DNA from: Octopus sinensis
Lineage: Eukaryota
Direction of reading: 5' to 3'
Length of the DNA stretch: 64,000 bases
NCBI RefSeq assembly: GCF_006345805.1
Contig: NC_042999.1
Coordinates: 159,030,001-159,094,000 of the forward strand
The stretch's first letter is position 1, and every line of letters begins with the position of its first letter. The translations under genes and the position numbers were made by a program. Shown piece after piece: positions 52,741-64,000 of the stretch. The notes under the pieces were generated by a model. That model was not told where the DNA came from, ran no database searches, and saw only the letters and a program-made list of their open reading frames with translations.

Positions 52741-53131
52741 GGATGGATGGAAGCACTCCGTCGGTTACGACGACGAGGGTTCCGGTTGATCCGAATCAAC
52801 GGAACAGCCTGCTCGTGAAATTAACGTGTAAGTGGCTGAGCACTTCACAGACACGTGTACCCTTACCGTAGTTCTCGGGGATATTCAGCGTGACACAGAG
52901 AGTGACAAGGCCGGCCCTTTGAAATACAGGTACAACAGAAACAGGAAGTAAAAGTGAGAGAAAGTTGTGGTGAAAGAGTACAGCAGAGATCACCACCATC
53001 CCCTGCCGGAACCTCGTGGAGCTTTAGGTGTTTTCGCTCAATAAACACTCACAACGCCCGGTCTGGGAATCGAAACCGCGATCCTATGACCGCGAGTCCG
53101 CTGCCCTAACCACTGGGCCATTGCGCCTCCA
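52741..53131 (-). mobile_element. Group A SINE, tail type 1, with 13-bp TSD
   Basis: Full length; taataaacacaat at 52728-52740 and 53133-53145. Confidence 0.95.
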
Positions 53132-55519
53132 CTAATAAACACAATAATGTATATGCTAATGAGGACGCACCCCGACGCTTAATCACTTTGGATGTACTCA
53201 GCCTCACCTGAAACCCTAAATCCAAGATATCATCTAGGGCAAGCATGGAGGTAATCTAGACGGAGGGAGGTAATCTGGTTCCATCCATCCTTCGCGCTCA
53301 TATTTTAAAAAATACCGGGATTGGTTTTTGCAGATTAGAGAGGCACTTTCTCACATCTAGCCTAGCAAGTATAGAATATTCCTAACTCCACTTTGTTGTC
53401 ATACTCCATTGCCTTTAATATAGTTTATGTTATAATTAAGATGAATAATAAAGAACATATCCCCCTATCTACTACTAAGGTTAAGAGGACCCGCACATAA
53501 TATTCTTGGACACACAACCCCGGACACCCTTGTTGAGTCAGAGAGGAACTGACACCCTGTATGTTAGTACCTAGTCCAAGTTCGCATTTCATTCAACAAA
53601 ACGTGCGTGATTGCGATACAGGCCCTATGCACAGTAACCTCCTGAATGAGAACAATATGGCTAGTATTAACCACAACTTTGGTGGTCCCCCTTCACAAAA
53701 CAACTCTTTCTAGGGTTTGTTTAGTCAAGGTGGATAACGGCCCCACGAGCAACAACCTGAACTATATCCCATGTGAAACAGGTTGTGTTTTTGTAAATTT
53801 TTATATAATGATAGATGCATTTAGCTGTGTACTGCTCTCCGGGTTGATCTATTCTAATTTCAAAGTATTGCTCTAAAGGAGTTGATTAAACAAGTCATTT
53901 ATATATTGGGACTACATAATCACTTTGCGGATATTTTTGAGTAATGCTTAAATCACCATACCATAAACAGTTTGACTACAAGACTAGAAATACCGATGCT
54001 AATGCATTTCCACTTATCTGGAATATAATATTGCTTTTAGATATGTGGCCTTCCAGTGTTATTTTAAGCCAAATCCAACAGCATTGTGGGATCCTATTTC
54101 TCCATCATAGGCTTATAATAAATTTGTTCCACTTTCTACACTGTATTGGGAGTCTTTTTCTTGCTGAGGCAATAATGGGCACTCTGTCTTTTCCGGGTGT
54201 ATTGGAATAAGATATTTTAAATCCTATTTGTGTAAGTGATCGTTGTCACATTATATTTTAGAAATCTGAGCACGTTGGCATTAGCCCAGTGAAACAACAC
54301 ATCACTCTTGCAAACCGTGTCTAAAAGAATTTGGTGACGAGGAATCCCATAGAAATATCACATTCATAATGTCTAGTATGCATTCTGCGTGATTGTCAGA
54401 CTGATTTAACCAATTGCTGCTGCAAAAGAGGTTCTCTACTATCGCAGACAACTTGAGACATCTCGAACAGAGAAAATATGACCCCTCAAGGGAAATAGGA
54501 TAGGCTTTATTAACTGACGCTAGTCCTATACAATGGCCAGATTGAGGAATCAGTGATGATACCATAGGTGGGTGCATGACATTTCAGTGGGAGTGTGTCA
54601 TTGTCCACCGACATTCTGCTGGACTTGTGTCCATGTGGCAGCACACTATTTACCTGTTTTTGTTGCAAAGTCTGCAAAGTAACCCTGAAAGTCGCTAAAG
54701 TAAAGATGTAGAATAGAAGAAAATGGACATGGGTACAAAGGAAAGAAACAAACATCAGTAGTCTACAAATGTACCAAAGATTAACATGGTAATTGAATAT
54801 TTAAGGTTATCAGACGCAATAGAAATAATGGATGAAATATTTCGAAAACTTCTGTTGCAACTATTAAGATAAATTCTCTGTATGTGGGTGCTAAGACAAT
54901 TGATCTGCATATATAGTTAAATGCAACAAAATTCTTTTTCAGTAAACATTTAGCGTGTAACAAAATTAGCTCCATGAAGAAACAGAGCATTTTTAAAATG
55001 TTCCTGGACTTCAATCTTGGATTTCAAAGTAATTGCATAGAAAAGATTAACATGTAATGAAATAAGTGGACATCAAATAGAATTGCTTCTGGCCTGTCTT
55101 TGAAGCCATAAATAGCATAAGAGAGAAACTAGAGAATTATATATTTCAAGCACATTATTTAGGTATGCAGTTTTCTGATCCATTAAATTCTTTAATGCAG
55201 AGGAGATTATTAAGGTATTACTGTGAGATACTTTTATAAAGTCAAGGGTTAGAGATGACAAGGCGCTAGATTTTTCAAAACATGCTTATGGCTTCTTCCT
55301 ATTTTGAACCTCAAATTTCAACTGTAGATAAATCAACTGTTCCGTGGGAAAACGCTGTAAGAAAGTGTGCCAAATATAGATGTCCAATATTAACATATAG
55401 TTTATAATTACTTTAAAAATAATAAATAATAATAACAATAACGTGTTTTGAATGGCACAACAATGCACTATAGTAATAACAATGGACTATAATAACTTAT
55501 AATTTAATCATCCATAGTC

Positions 55520-56860
55520 TGATATAATAAAAATATTTCGGAATACAAAACTTCCTTCTTCAGATATCGCTAGGAATTGTTCGAGTCACTACTACAATCG
55601 ATTTTCCAATTTTTTTTTCTTTTTTCCCCGGAAGCGTCTCTGCACTGCTCTCACGGAGCTCCTTCCGGAATTCCTCATAAGAAGTGCATGAGGGTGGCCA
55701 TGTCTCAATCTCATGTGTGCTGGCACATCCGTATCGCTGCTTCTAAGTTATGTATTATATGCGATTTTCCTTTTTTTCTCCCCTCCCCCACTTTTTTATA
55801 AATAATATATGAGCATGTCATCAAAACAGAATCTACACGCATCAAGATGTAGCTAGAAAATGTATTGACTGCCAAGCTCCAGCCTGTTGTAAATTTGGAT
55901 CACTAGGCTATCTATGAGAATAGCTTCCTTAATTCTTAGATTACCCAAATTTCTTTCATTGGCCTCAATTACTCGGTGTTCCGGCATCTGTCTAGATGTT
56001 GGAGGAGGCTTTCGTGTTCGGGTGCTCTTTGATGCGAATGCGTAACGGTCTTGTTGTGCTACCCACATAGAACTTGTTGCTTTTGTTACATTGTATTCTA
56101 TATACAACATTTACCCGTTGGAATAAGTCTGTGTCACGAATGGGACAGTTTTCTAGTGTGCATTGAGTGCTGTCCCTCAGAGAGGGGCCGGAATGAGCTA
56201 GTAGTGCGTCTAGTCCTTCTCTTCTTATGGCTCTTTGGATGGCTGTAATTATCCTCTTGCTAAAATGGGGTATTTTAAGGAAGCATGCGTTGCTGGGTTT
56301 TCTGTGTTCGGCGTGTTGGCCGTTTTGGTTACTTAAGCCGATTTACAATGGATATAGGGTGCCCGTTGGTTTTTGATATTTCTAGGAAGCGTGTAGTGTG
56401 GGTCACCTTGCCCTCTGCCCTGCTGCACTTGCTCTGGATGCATGCAAGTTCATTTCTGGCGTATCCTAATTTGGCACCGAGTGGAAGTGCTGAACTGTAC
56501 TGGACAAACATGTCTCTACTGGCTGCTTTCCTGTAGAACTCGATGTGGATCTCTCCTTATTCCGTTATATTTAGTTGGAAGTCAAGTAGCGATAGTGATC
56601 CAGTGTTGTTGGGATGTTCTATAGCGAACTTTATGTTCGTGTCCATGCTGTTGAACATCGTGAATATTCTGTCAGCCTCTTCACGGGAGGATGTGAGTAT
56701 GAGGATGTCATCTATGTACCTAGTAAATTTACATACACAATATCATTATTTTCACCACGTCGACTTTGCTGGGATTCACATGACCCTGATCCACCACCTT
56801 TCTTCATTGTCTGTAGAATGTGAAACTTTCTTACACTGACATCCAGTATCATCTGTTAGA
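55520..56860 (-). mobile_element. Penelope-like element (RT C-terminus, GIY-YIG, 3' hammerhead-like motif)
   Basis: TRYIDDIL, GSLSLLDFQ, FYRKAASRDMFVQYSSALP, VVYRIQCNKSNKFYVGSTTRPLRIRIKEH and LRIKEAILI. Confidence 0.85.
55521..55568 (-). ncRNA. Hammerhead-like motif at the Penelope 3' end
   Basis: GATAT-CTGAAGA-A-GGAA gttttgta TTCC-GAAA-TA tttt TA-TT-ATATC. The triplet is AUU (suboptimal). Confidence 0.5.
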
Positions 56861-57299
56861 TTACTGGTATACATCATTTAGCACAATGCTGATACGTCCG
56901 ATGTACTGTCTCACTGAACTTTTCCTCCTCGCGTTTCCAGTAATTTCCAGCGAGGCGAACTATTGTATAAGTGTGTCTACTTATTATACACTCTCCTTTT
57001 GTGGGGTGTTTTCCCCAAGAAGCAGTCACAATGTCACTAATCCTGCACGAAAAATGAACATCTAATGTGTGAGTGTGTGTCTCTGTGTATATCAATATGC
57101 ACACACGCACGCACACAAAAAAAACAGACATACACACATATACATACACATATATTTAAGTGTTGGGTACATTCCCAGTAGTAGGCCGATGAATTACGTT
57201 CACTGTCTACGGCTACCTAGCATCGTCTACCGTAATTACACAACTGTCGCAGGTCTATCTCAAGAAATTCTCAGACTACGTTGAGCATAAAACGAACGA

Positions 57300-58740
57300 A
57301 AGAGGCGTAACATGGAATACACGGAAAAGTTTCTTGCTTACAACGATCGTTTCAAAATATCCTGCGTCTGTCAATCATATACATGTATACACCTTTTAAA
57401 TTTATTTATGGGGACGTTTTGAATATGCACATAAAGCTTCTATTCCATTATGCCGCCCAACGTCTAATGATGCTGGCTAGGGAGTCAATTTTTCGGGGAT
57501 TGCATCAAGTTTTACCGATAAAATATATGGTAAATATAATAACGATAGCAATAGGGTGCAATCCATAGGGTGGAATTTATAAACATTTAATGCCTCGCTA
57601 CGCACGTTTCCACAAATCGCATGACTCTTAAGATCACAGTCCGTATTCCTGGAATGATTACACTGTAGTCCGTAGTATCCGTGGGCATCCGGTTGATCAT
57701 CATCACTGGTTCATTTCTTCAGGCGTTATAACATTATTGGATGTACGGTAGAGGGATGTTTATTCCTTTTTTACCAATATGCAGGTCAAGCGATAAACGT
57801 GGGTGTTTATACTGCGTTGCATTCCAAAAAGCGTGAGTAATAAAATATGAAGACTATCCACAGATGAACAGATATTCGATATACACGCTGAATGTTACAA
57901 CTCAGCACTGGCTAAGCTGGATATAAGGATAAAATAAAATATATACAGAATAAGTCAGAGAAGACACGATTCCCAGAGAACCTTATAAAGAGTGGGGATA
58001 ATCATATAAATAGCCGCAGAATACCAGAACGTAGAAAAATAGTAATAGGGAACAAAAGGGAAAGAAAACAACCACAACGCTAATAATGACAGATATAAAG
58101 CAGAACCCATAAAACCACAGCCAAAGTTAGAAAGGATCGCACCGTTAAACGCCGATAGTAATAATGCTGACAGCGCAGTAGAATATACTAATAAACCCAA
58201 TAGATATATTAAAAGAAATGGGAAAATAGCCGATGAATTTATTTGGTTTAACCTGATCTTCAATTCACAAGTGAAATCCAAAATAGGCCAGGAATTATTC
58301 ACAGCATTAGATAGACACTTCCCAAGATCTTACAAATATCACACAATTATTAACAGACATAATGTAAAATTAGCATAAGCGACCTCCCGCAATCTAGAAT
58401 ACCACATACACAAAGAGAATAACACAAAACTAAACAGAATGAAACTTGAGGGGAAATACAAAGCAAATGCAGCTAATAACACTGAATACGACGATGAAAA
58501 GCTGGAAAATAGGGGTAATAAAAACTCATCTTTAGCAAAAACGGACCCAAACAACATCACACAATTAAAAGTACATCCATACATAAGGAAAATGAGTGTA
58601 GGATTACAGAATGAGAAATAAAGAGGACCACCAATAGCAACTCCACGGAAGGAAAGGAAAAAATAATACCATGTGTAACTGCAGACGCAAAGAAGGATGT
58701 AGTTTCAACAACAACTGCATAAGTAATAATACATACAACA
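57300..58740 (+). mobile_element. Degenerate Penelope-like element
   Basis: RLSTDEQIF...YNSAL, IWFNLIFNSQVKSKIGQELFTALDRHFPRSYKYHTIINRHNVKLA and PCNCRRKEGC. Confidence 0.75.
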
Positions 58741-59211
58741 CACAGGCGCGTGCACATACTCACACGCGCGCATATATATCTATATATATAGAGAGAGAAG
58801 CGAAAGGTATAGAAAGAGTGAAAAGGAAAGGAGAAACCGGATGAGTGTATGGTTAATATGATTTATTAGTAAAACAAATTCGGCAAGGATATATATTATA
58901 TTTGCGTCTCAAATTTAATTGTATACAACACAGAACAAAGAGAAATACTCAATGCCTTGCTGTGAAGTAAATTATACGTTCATGACAGGGATTGATGCCT
59001 GAGAAACTTTTGATGTCAGTGAAGAGTATAAGGGATATGGAAAATAATAGTAATCATAATATAAAGAAATACGCAGAGAGAACCAGCCATTTAACATATC
59101 AAGTTTTCTGTAGATGTATTTCTATCAAACTGCAACTATATTACTGACCTAAGTATATTATTTTAATTTAGAAGAATGGTGTCCACAACTCGTAGTTATT
59201 TCTCTAAATGT

Positions 59212-59392
59212 GGCGCAGTAGTGGCTGTGTGGTAAGTAGCTTGCTAACCAACCACATGGTTCCGGGTTCAGTCACACTGCGTGGCATCTTGGGCAAGTGT
59301 CTTCTGCTATAGCCCCGGGCCGACCAATGCCTTGTGAGTGGATTTGGTAGACGGAAACTGAAAGAAGCCTGTCGTATATATATATATATATA

Positions 59393-59460
<68 letters not shown>

Positions 59461-59686
59461 CTGTTTGTGTGTCTGTGTTTGTCCCCCTAGCATTGCTTGA
59501 CAACCGATGCTGGTGTGTTTACGTCCCCGTCACTTAGCGGTTCGGCAAAAAAGACCGATAGAATAAGTACTGGACTTACAAAAAGAATAAGTCCCGGGGT
59601 CGAGTTGCTCGACTAAAGGCGGTGCTCCAGCATGGCCGCAGTCAAATGACTGAAACAAGTAAAAGAGAAAAAGAGTAAAAGAGAGT
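59212..59686 (+). mobile_element. Group C SINE, young, full length
   Basis: Head, CORE-like block, internal (TA)/(TG)n, 3' domain and GTAAAAGA tail. Confidence 0.95.
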
Positions 59687-60494
59687 ACTCAAAACATTTT
59701 ATGTTCGCCAGTAAAAATGTTGATTTCATTTACAATACAAATAGATCTAATAATATTTTCCGAAACACATCCCTCCTTGTTTTGGTTCTAGTCTTCAGTA
59801 AGGCTATTCGGCCAAAAATATCAAAATTAAACAATTTTTTGTTGATGCAGCAATGATTGAGGAGTAAATTGTTAAGATCAGATATTTATGAATATATTGT
59901 GACGTGAGTATCTCCAGCTCAAACTCTCTCTTCTGCAACCCTTTATATTTACCAGTTCATCCTACCACTCACAAAATATTTCCAGCCATTTACTATTAAT
60001 TGTCTTTTATGTATGTTTCTTACCCTTCTCTATCTGAAGACGTTTTGGTTGTTGATCAGTCAACAGAAGGTAGTGATCAAACAATCCTGCGATGCAAAAT
60101 CCTTTCAGCCATGATCAGCAAACTTTTACAGAAATAGTGTACAACCGAGTACATTGCCAAAAGTGTGTTTGATTAAGAATTATGTTCTCATTTCCTACCA
60201 TCATTTACTGACACACCGGTTGTCCAAACACTATTCTGTACTCGATCTAATTAGACGGCCACCTTATCACTGGAGCATTTCTTCAATCATAAATAGTTAA
60301 GGACAAAATACCCTTAACTATCTTTTGAAAAATGTCTTACTCAACAAAGTTGGATTTTTAAGTATAAGTTCCGTCATTATATTCAACTTACTTATCTTTT
60401 ATTTCGTGCATTACACTCCACCATTACATCTACTGCAATCGTTTTCTAAATCCCTGTTGTCTGCTCTATTTGTGTGAAATATATATATATATAT

Positions 60495-60709
60495 TTTTTT
60501 TACTTGTTTCAGTCATTTGACTGCGGCCATGCTGGAGCACCGCCTTTAGTCGAGCAAATCGACCCCGGGACTTATTCTTTGTAAGCCCAGTACTTATTCT
60601 CTCGGTCTCTTTTTGCCGAACCGCTAAGTGACGGGGACGTAAACACACCAGCATCGGTTGTCAAGCAATGCTAGGGGGACAAACACAGACACACAAACAC
60701 ACACACACA

Positions 60710-60756
<47 letters not shown>

Positions 60757-60928
60757 CATATATACGACAGGCTTCTTTCAGTTTCCGTCTACCAAATCCA
60801 CTCACAAGGCATTGGTCGGCCCGGGGCTATAGCAGAAGACACTTGCCCAAGATGCCACGCAGTGGGACTGAACCCGGAACCATGTGGTTGATTAGCAAGC
60901 TACTTACCACACAGCCACTCCTGCGCCT
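60495..60928 (-). mobile_element. Group C SINE, young, full length
   Basis: Near-identical inverted copy of 59212-59686. Confidence 0.95.
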
Positions 60929-61135
60929 AAAAAATTTTACGTTCATCAGCAGTCCTTCATAGAAACAGTTTGTTCAGTTTATCTGTTCATGGGCTCAGTC
61001 CGTTTTCTATTTGTTGCATTTGAAATACTTTCTTGGACTAAACCACATATACTGATGATGGTCTCAGTTCTATCCACTCAATGTCCGATTTATATCTCAT
61101 ACATATATTAATGAACTGCATTCTCATACATAGAG

Positions 61136-61279
61136 AATACCAAACTCATTCCCTATGGATACCGTATTTATTACAACGAGTGGCTTGTAAACGTATCTAA
61201 CTCGCTTTCGCTCGTTAGATACGTTTACAAGCCACTCGTTGTAATAAATACGGTATCCATAGGGAATGAGTTTGGTATT
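61136..61279. repeat. Perfect palindrome: 66-bp arms, 12-nt loop
   Basis: 61136-61201 is the exact reverse complement of 61214-61279. Confidence 0.95.
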
Positions 61280-61368
61280 TTATTTATTACACACAAATAA
61301 ACGACCATATTTTATTAACCCAATAACTAAATTCTTCACTAAATTAACTTATGAATGACAAAAGTAGT

Positions 61369-61472
61369 GCTGTCACCGTGACCTCTGGTCATCACCATGA
61401 ATTGACCAATCAGAAGCAGCGCTGTCAGCGTGACCTCGGGTCATCACCATGGATTGACCAATCAGAAGCAGC
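61369..61472. repeat. 2 x 52-bp tandem repeat containing CCAAT
   Basis: gctgtcaccgtgacctctggtcatcaccatgaattgaccaatcagaagcagc, twice, with few substitutions. Confidence 0.9.
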
Positions 61473-62162
61473 GCTCGCAGTATCTGACATATGTTAGATA
61501 CCAAAAATATCTCAAAGTGTTCTCACTCACATGTGTGTAATAAAAATGTATATGCGTACTTCTGTACAAATGATAAACCGATTTTCTTTCCTTAAATTTT
61601 CGCGTATAGATAAATGTATTCTTGAGCTGCCTGCAAATATCCTGCAGGTAGTCTTTCCTCTTTGCTACTCAGAAGTAATAGGGCTTCTGTTTATCATATT
61701 GAAAATTGAAACAACATTTTTTTTCAGAATTACATTATTAATGCCTGAAATAATCGAAATGCATTTTGCTAAGATAAACAAAATATTTATGTAAATGACA
61801 TTTCAAAAGACAAATAGTTTTTTCAGTGAATTCATTTATAAACTTTGAGATTTTAAAAGTTGGAAATTTCTGGAAACGATTTGATATTTCCCCACCAATT
61901 TCATTGTTGCATACTGGAGTCACTGTTGCATACTGGAATGATACAGTGAAGGCATATTTCTTATTTCCAAGTAATATCGAATATCTTCAATTCACCATTT
62001 CTTAAAAGATTAAGAATATTAATTCCTCACGGCCAAAATTAAAAAAAAAGCAATATAAACAAACAGATATAAAGAAGAAAAGGTCAGAATATTTTCAGAT
62101 TTAAGGATTTTAACGTTTTTAAGTGTATGTATGCATTATCAGTGATACAGCATTGGCTTCTA

Positions 62163-62534
62163 GGAGGCGCAATGGCCCAGTGGTTAGGGCAGCGGACTCG
62201 CGGTCGTAGGATCGCGGTTTCGATTCCCAGACCGGGCGTTGTGAGTGTTTATTGAGCGAAAACACCTAAAGCTCCACGAGGCTCCGGCAGGGTGATCACT
62301 GCTGTACTCTTTCACCACAACTTTCTCTCACTCTTACTTCCTGTTTCTGTTGTACCTGTATTTCAAAGGGCCGGCCTTGTCACTCTCTGTGTCACGCTGA
62401 ATATCCCCGAGAACTACGGTAAGGGTACACGTGCATGTGGAGTGCTCAGCCACTTACACGTTAATTTCACGAGCAGGCTGTTCCGTTGATCGGATCAACC
62501 GGAACCCTCGTCGTCGAACCGACGGAGTGCTTCC
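62163..62534 (+). mobile_element. Group A SINE, tail type 1
   Basis: A-box tggcccagtgg, B-box gtttcgattcc, and tail ...gtcgtcgaaccgacggagtgcttcc. Confidence 0.93.
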
Positions 62535-62708
62535 TCTCATTGGCTTCGAACATTTTGAGTAGATAGATATATGCTGCTTTCCATTGTAGATAGAAATATA
62601 TATCACATCAGAATAGAATCTGTTCTTTTAGCTTTGTACGATAATTAGAAATATTTAATGTATGAAATATTAACATTTTTGTGTGTGCGTGTGTGTTTAT
62701 TTGTGTGC

Positions 62709-62739
<31 letters not shown>

Positions 62740-63106
62740 TGTGTGTATGTGTGTGTGTGTGTTTGTGCTGATTAGTAATGAGAACGTTTGCAATTTAGTT
62801 TTAGTGAACACAAGCATCCAACTTCACAATCAAAGAAAGTATAAGCGATAACTGATGAGTCGTTAGTAAATCTTGTAATTAGTCAAATCAAGATCTTTCA
62901 TCTGCTTCAATAAAGAACCAGAGATGTAACTTTGGCATTCCTCTTTTTTTCCACTGCGAAACGGCTAAGCCATTTACTTGTAAACTACTTATGCACACAA
63001 GGTTTCCTGGTGCACAACGGCGTAATGTTATTAGCTTATTCAGATTGCCAGAGGTTACACTTCTCAGCAAATTAAAGAAACTGATTGCATTTTACCCGGG
63101 TTTACA

Positions 63107-63508
63107 TCTTTATATATGAAAGTGAGGTTGTGTGCTGTCTGTCTCCTACGATTTAGATTCCTAACTACTCCCACATTTTGCGGTGCAGTTTAACCAAAAC
63201 CGGCTATCTTATAGTCGTGATTCATATCGAGCCCTTCTGGGTATTAGCGCGCGTCTACGATGAGTCTACGATTTAAAAAAAAATTACCGTCAAATTTTTC
63301 CATTTTTAATGCATTTTTGGCATATATAAGGGAAGTAGCTCTCTAAAAATTTATTATTAAATCTTAGAACGTAAAAAGCTACAGTAACACCCACCTACCC
63401 CCCGTTGTGGTTAGCCATATTGAGATGGCTATTATACTTTACATCTCTAAAAATGCTTATATAGTCATTTCCCTTACAAACCCGAGCAACGCCGGGCGAT
63501 ACTGCTAG
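63107..63508 (+). mobile_element. Non-autonomous Helitron-like element, copy 2
   Basis: A|TC...CTAG|T with hairpin cccgagcaacgccggg; matches 2918-3303. Confidence 0.82.
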
Positions 63509-63737
63509 TTGAATATAAATACTAATTAACAATTATTCAAAAAATTAAAGACGAGTCCTCATTACTGGCCACTGGAAGGCAAGCAGAATACGATTTAACA
63601 CTAATACCTACTTACACTAAAATATATTCATTTAGTAAAAATAGATGATCAAACGTTTACCCTATATTTCAAATTACACCAGTTCTTTAAGTCTTAGTGT
63701 ATTCAGATGTATTTTTCTTTTTCGTTTCTTTTTATAT

Positions 63738-64000
63738 TTTTACTTGTTTCAGTCATTTCACTACGGCCATGCTGGAGCACCGCCTTTTAGTCGAGGAAAT
63801 TGACCCCCAGAACTTATTCTTTGGAAGCCTAGTACTTATTCTCTCGGTTTTTTTTGCCGAGTCGCTAAGTTATGGGGACGTAAACACACCAGCATCGGTT
63901 GTCAAACGATGTTGGGGGGACAAACTCAGATACACAAACATGTACACACATACATATATATATACATATATACGTCGGGATTCTTTCAGTTTCCGTCTAC
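63738..64000 (-). mobile_element. Group C SINE, cut by window end
   Basis: 3' domain and microsatellite visible. Confidence 0.85.

Noticed and set aside
53140-55480. Complex unique-looking region with short ORFs and a CAG|GTAAAT donor at ~54650
   Set aside because: No convincing TPR-like or TE protein motif. It is probably an old unclassified repeat and is left unannotated.

Overview
AT-rich, microsatellite-saturated eukaryotic DNA. It is most likely from a cephalopod (octopus-type), an inference from the tRNA-derived SINE families and extreme (TA)n/(TATG)n/(TAA)n density. Most of the window is repeats: three tRNA-SINE groups, R4/Dong-like LINEs in (TAA)n, RTE LINE fragments, about six Penelope-like remnants, a mariner, a hAT-like MITE carrying (TAACCC)n, and Helitrons. 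Two phase-compatible minus-strand exons (45859-45973 and 11820-11959, separated by a ~33.9 kb intron) encode the C-terminal TPR repeats of a host gene that resembles TMTC-type proteins. The main highlights are (i) several unrelated minimal type-I hammerhead-ribozyme motifs in foldback or pLTR-like elements in (TA)n, including a ~1.05 kb palindrome whose two arms carry one intact and one dead ribozyme, and (ii) a candidate exon at 5193-5293 whose donor site and branch-point region both sit in near-perfect stems. Almost all ORFs in the supplied track are microsatellite artefacts. All alignments were done by eye and no database searches were run.
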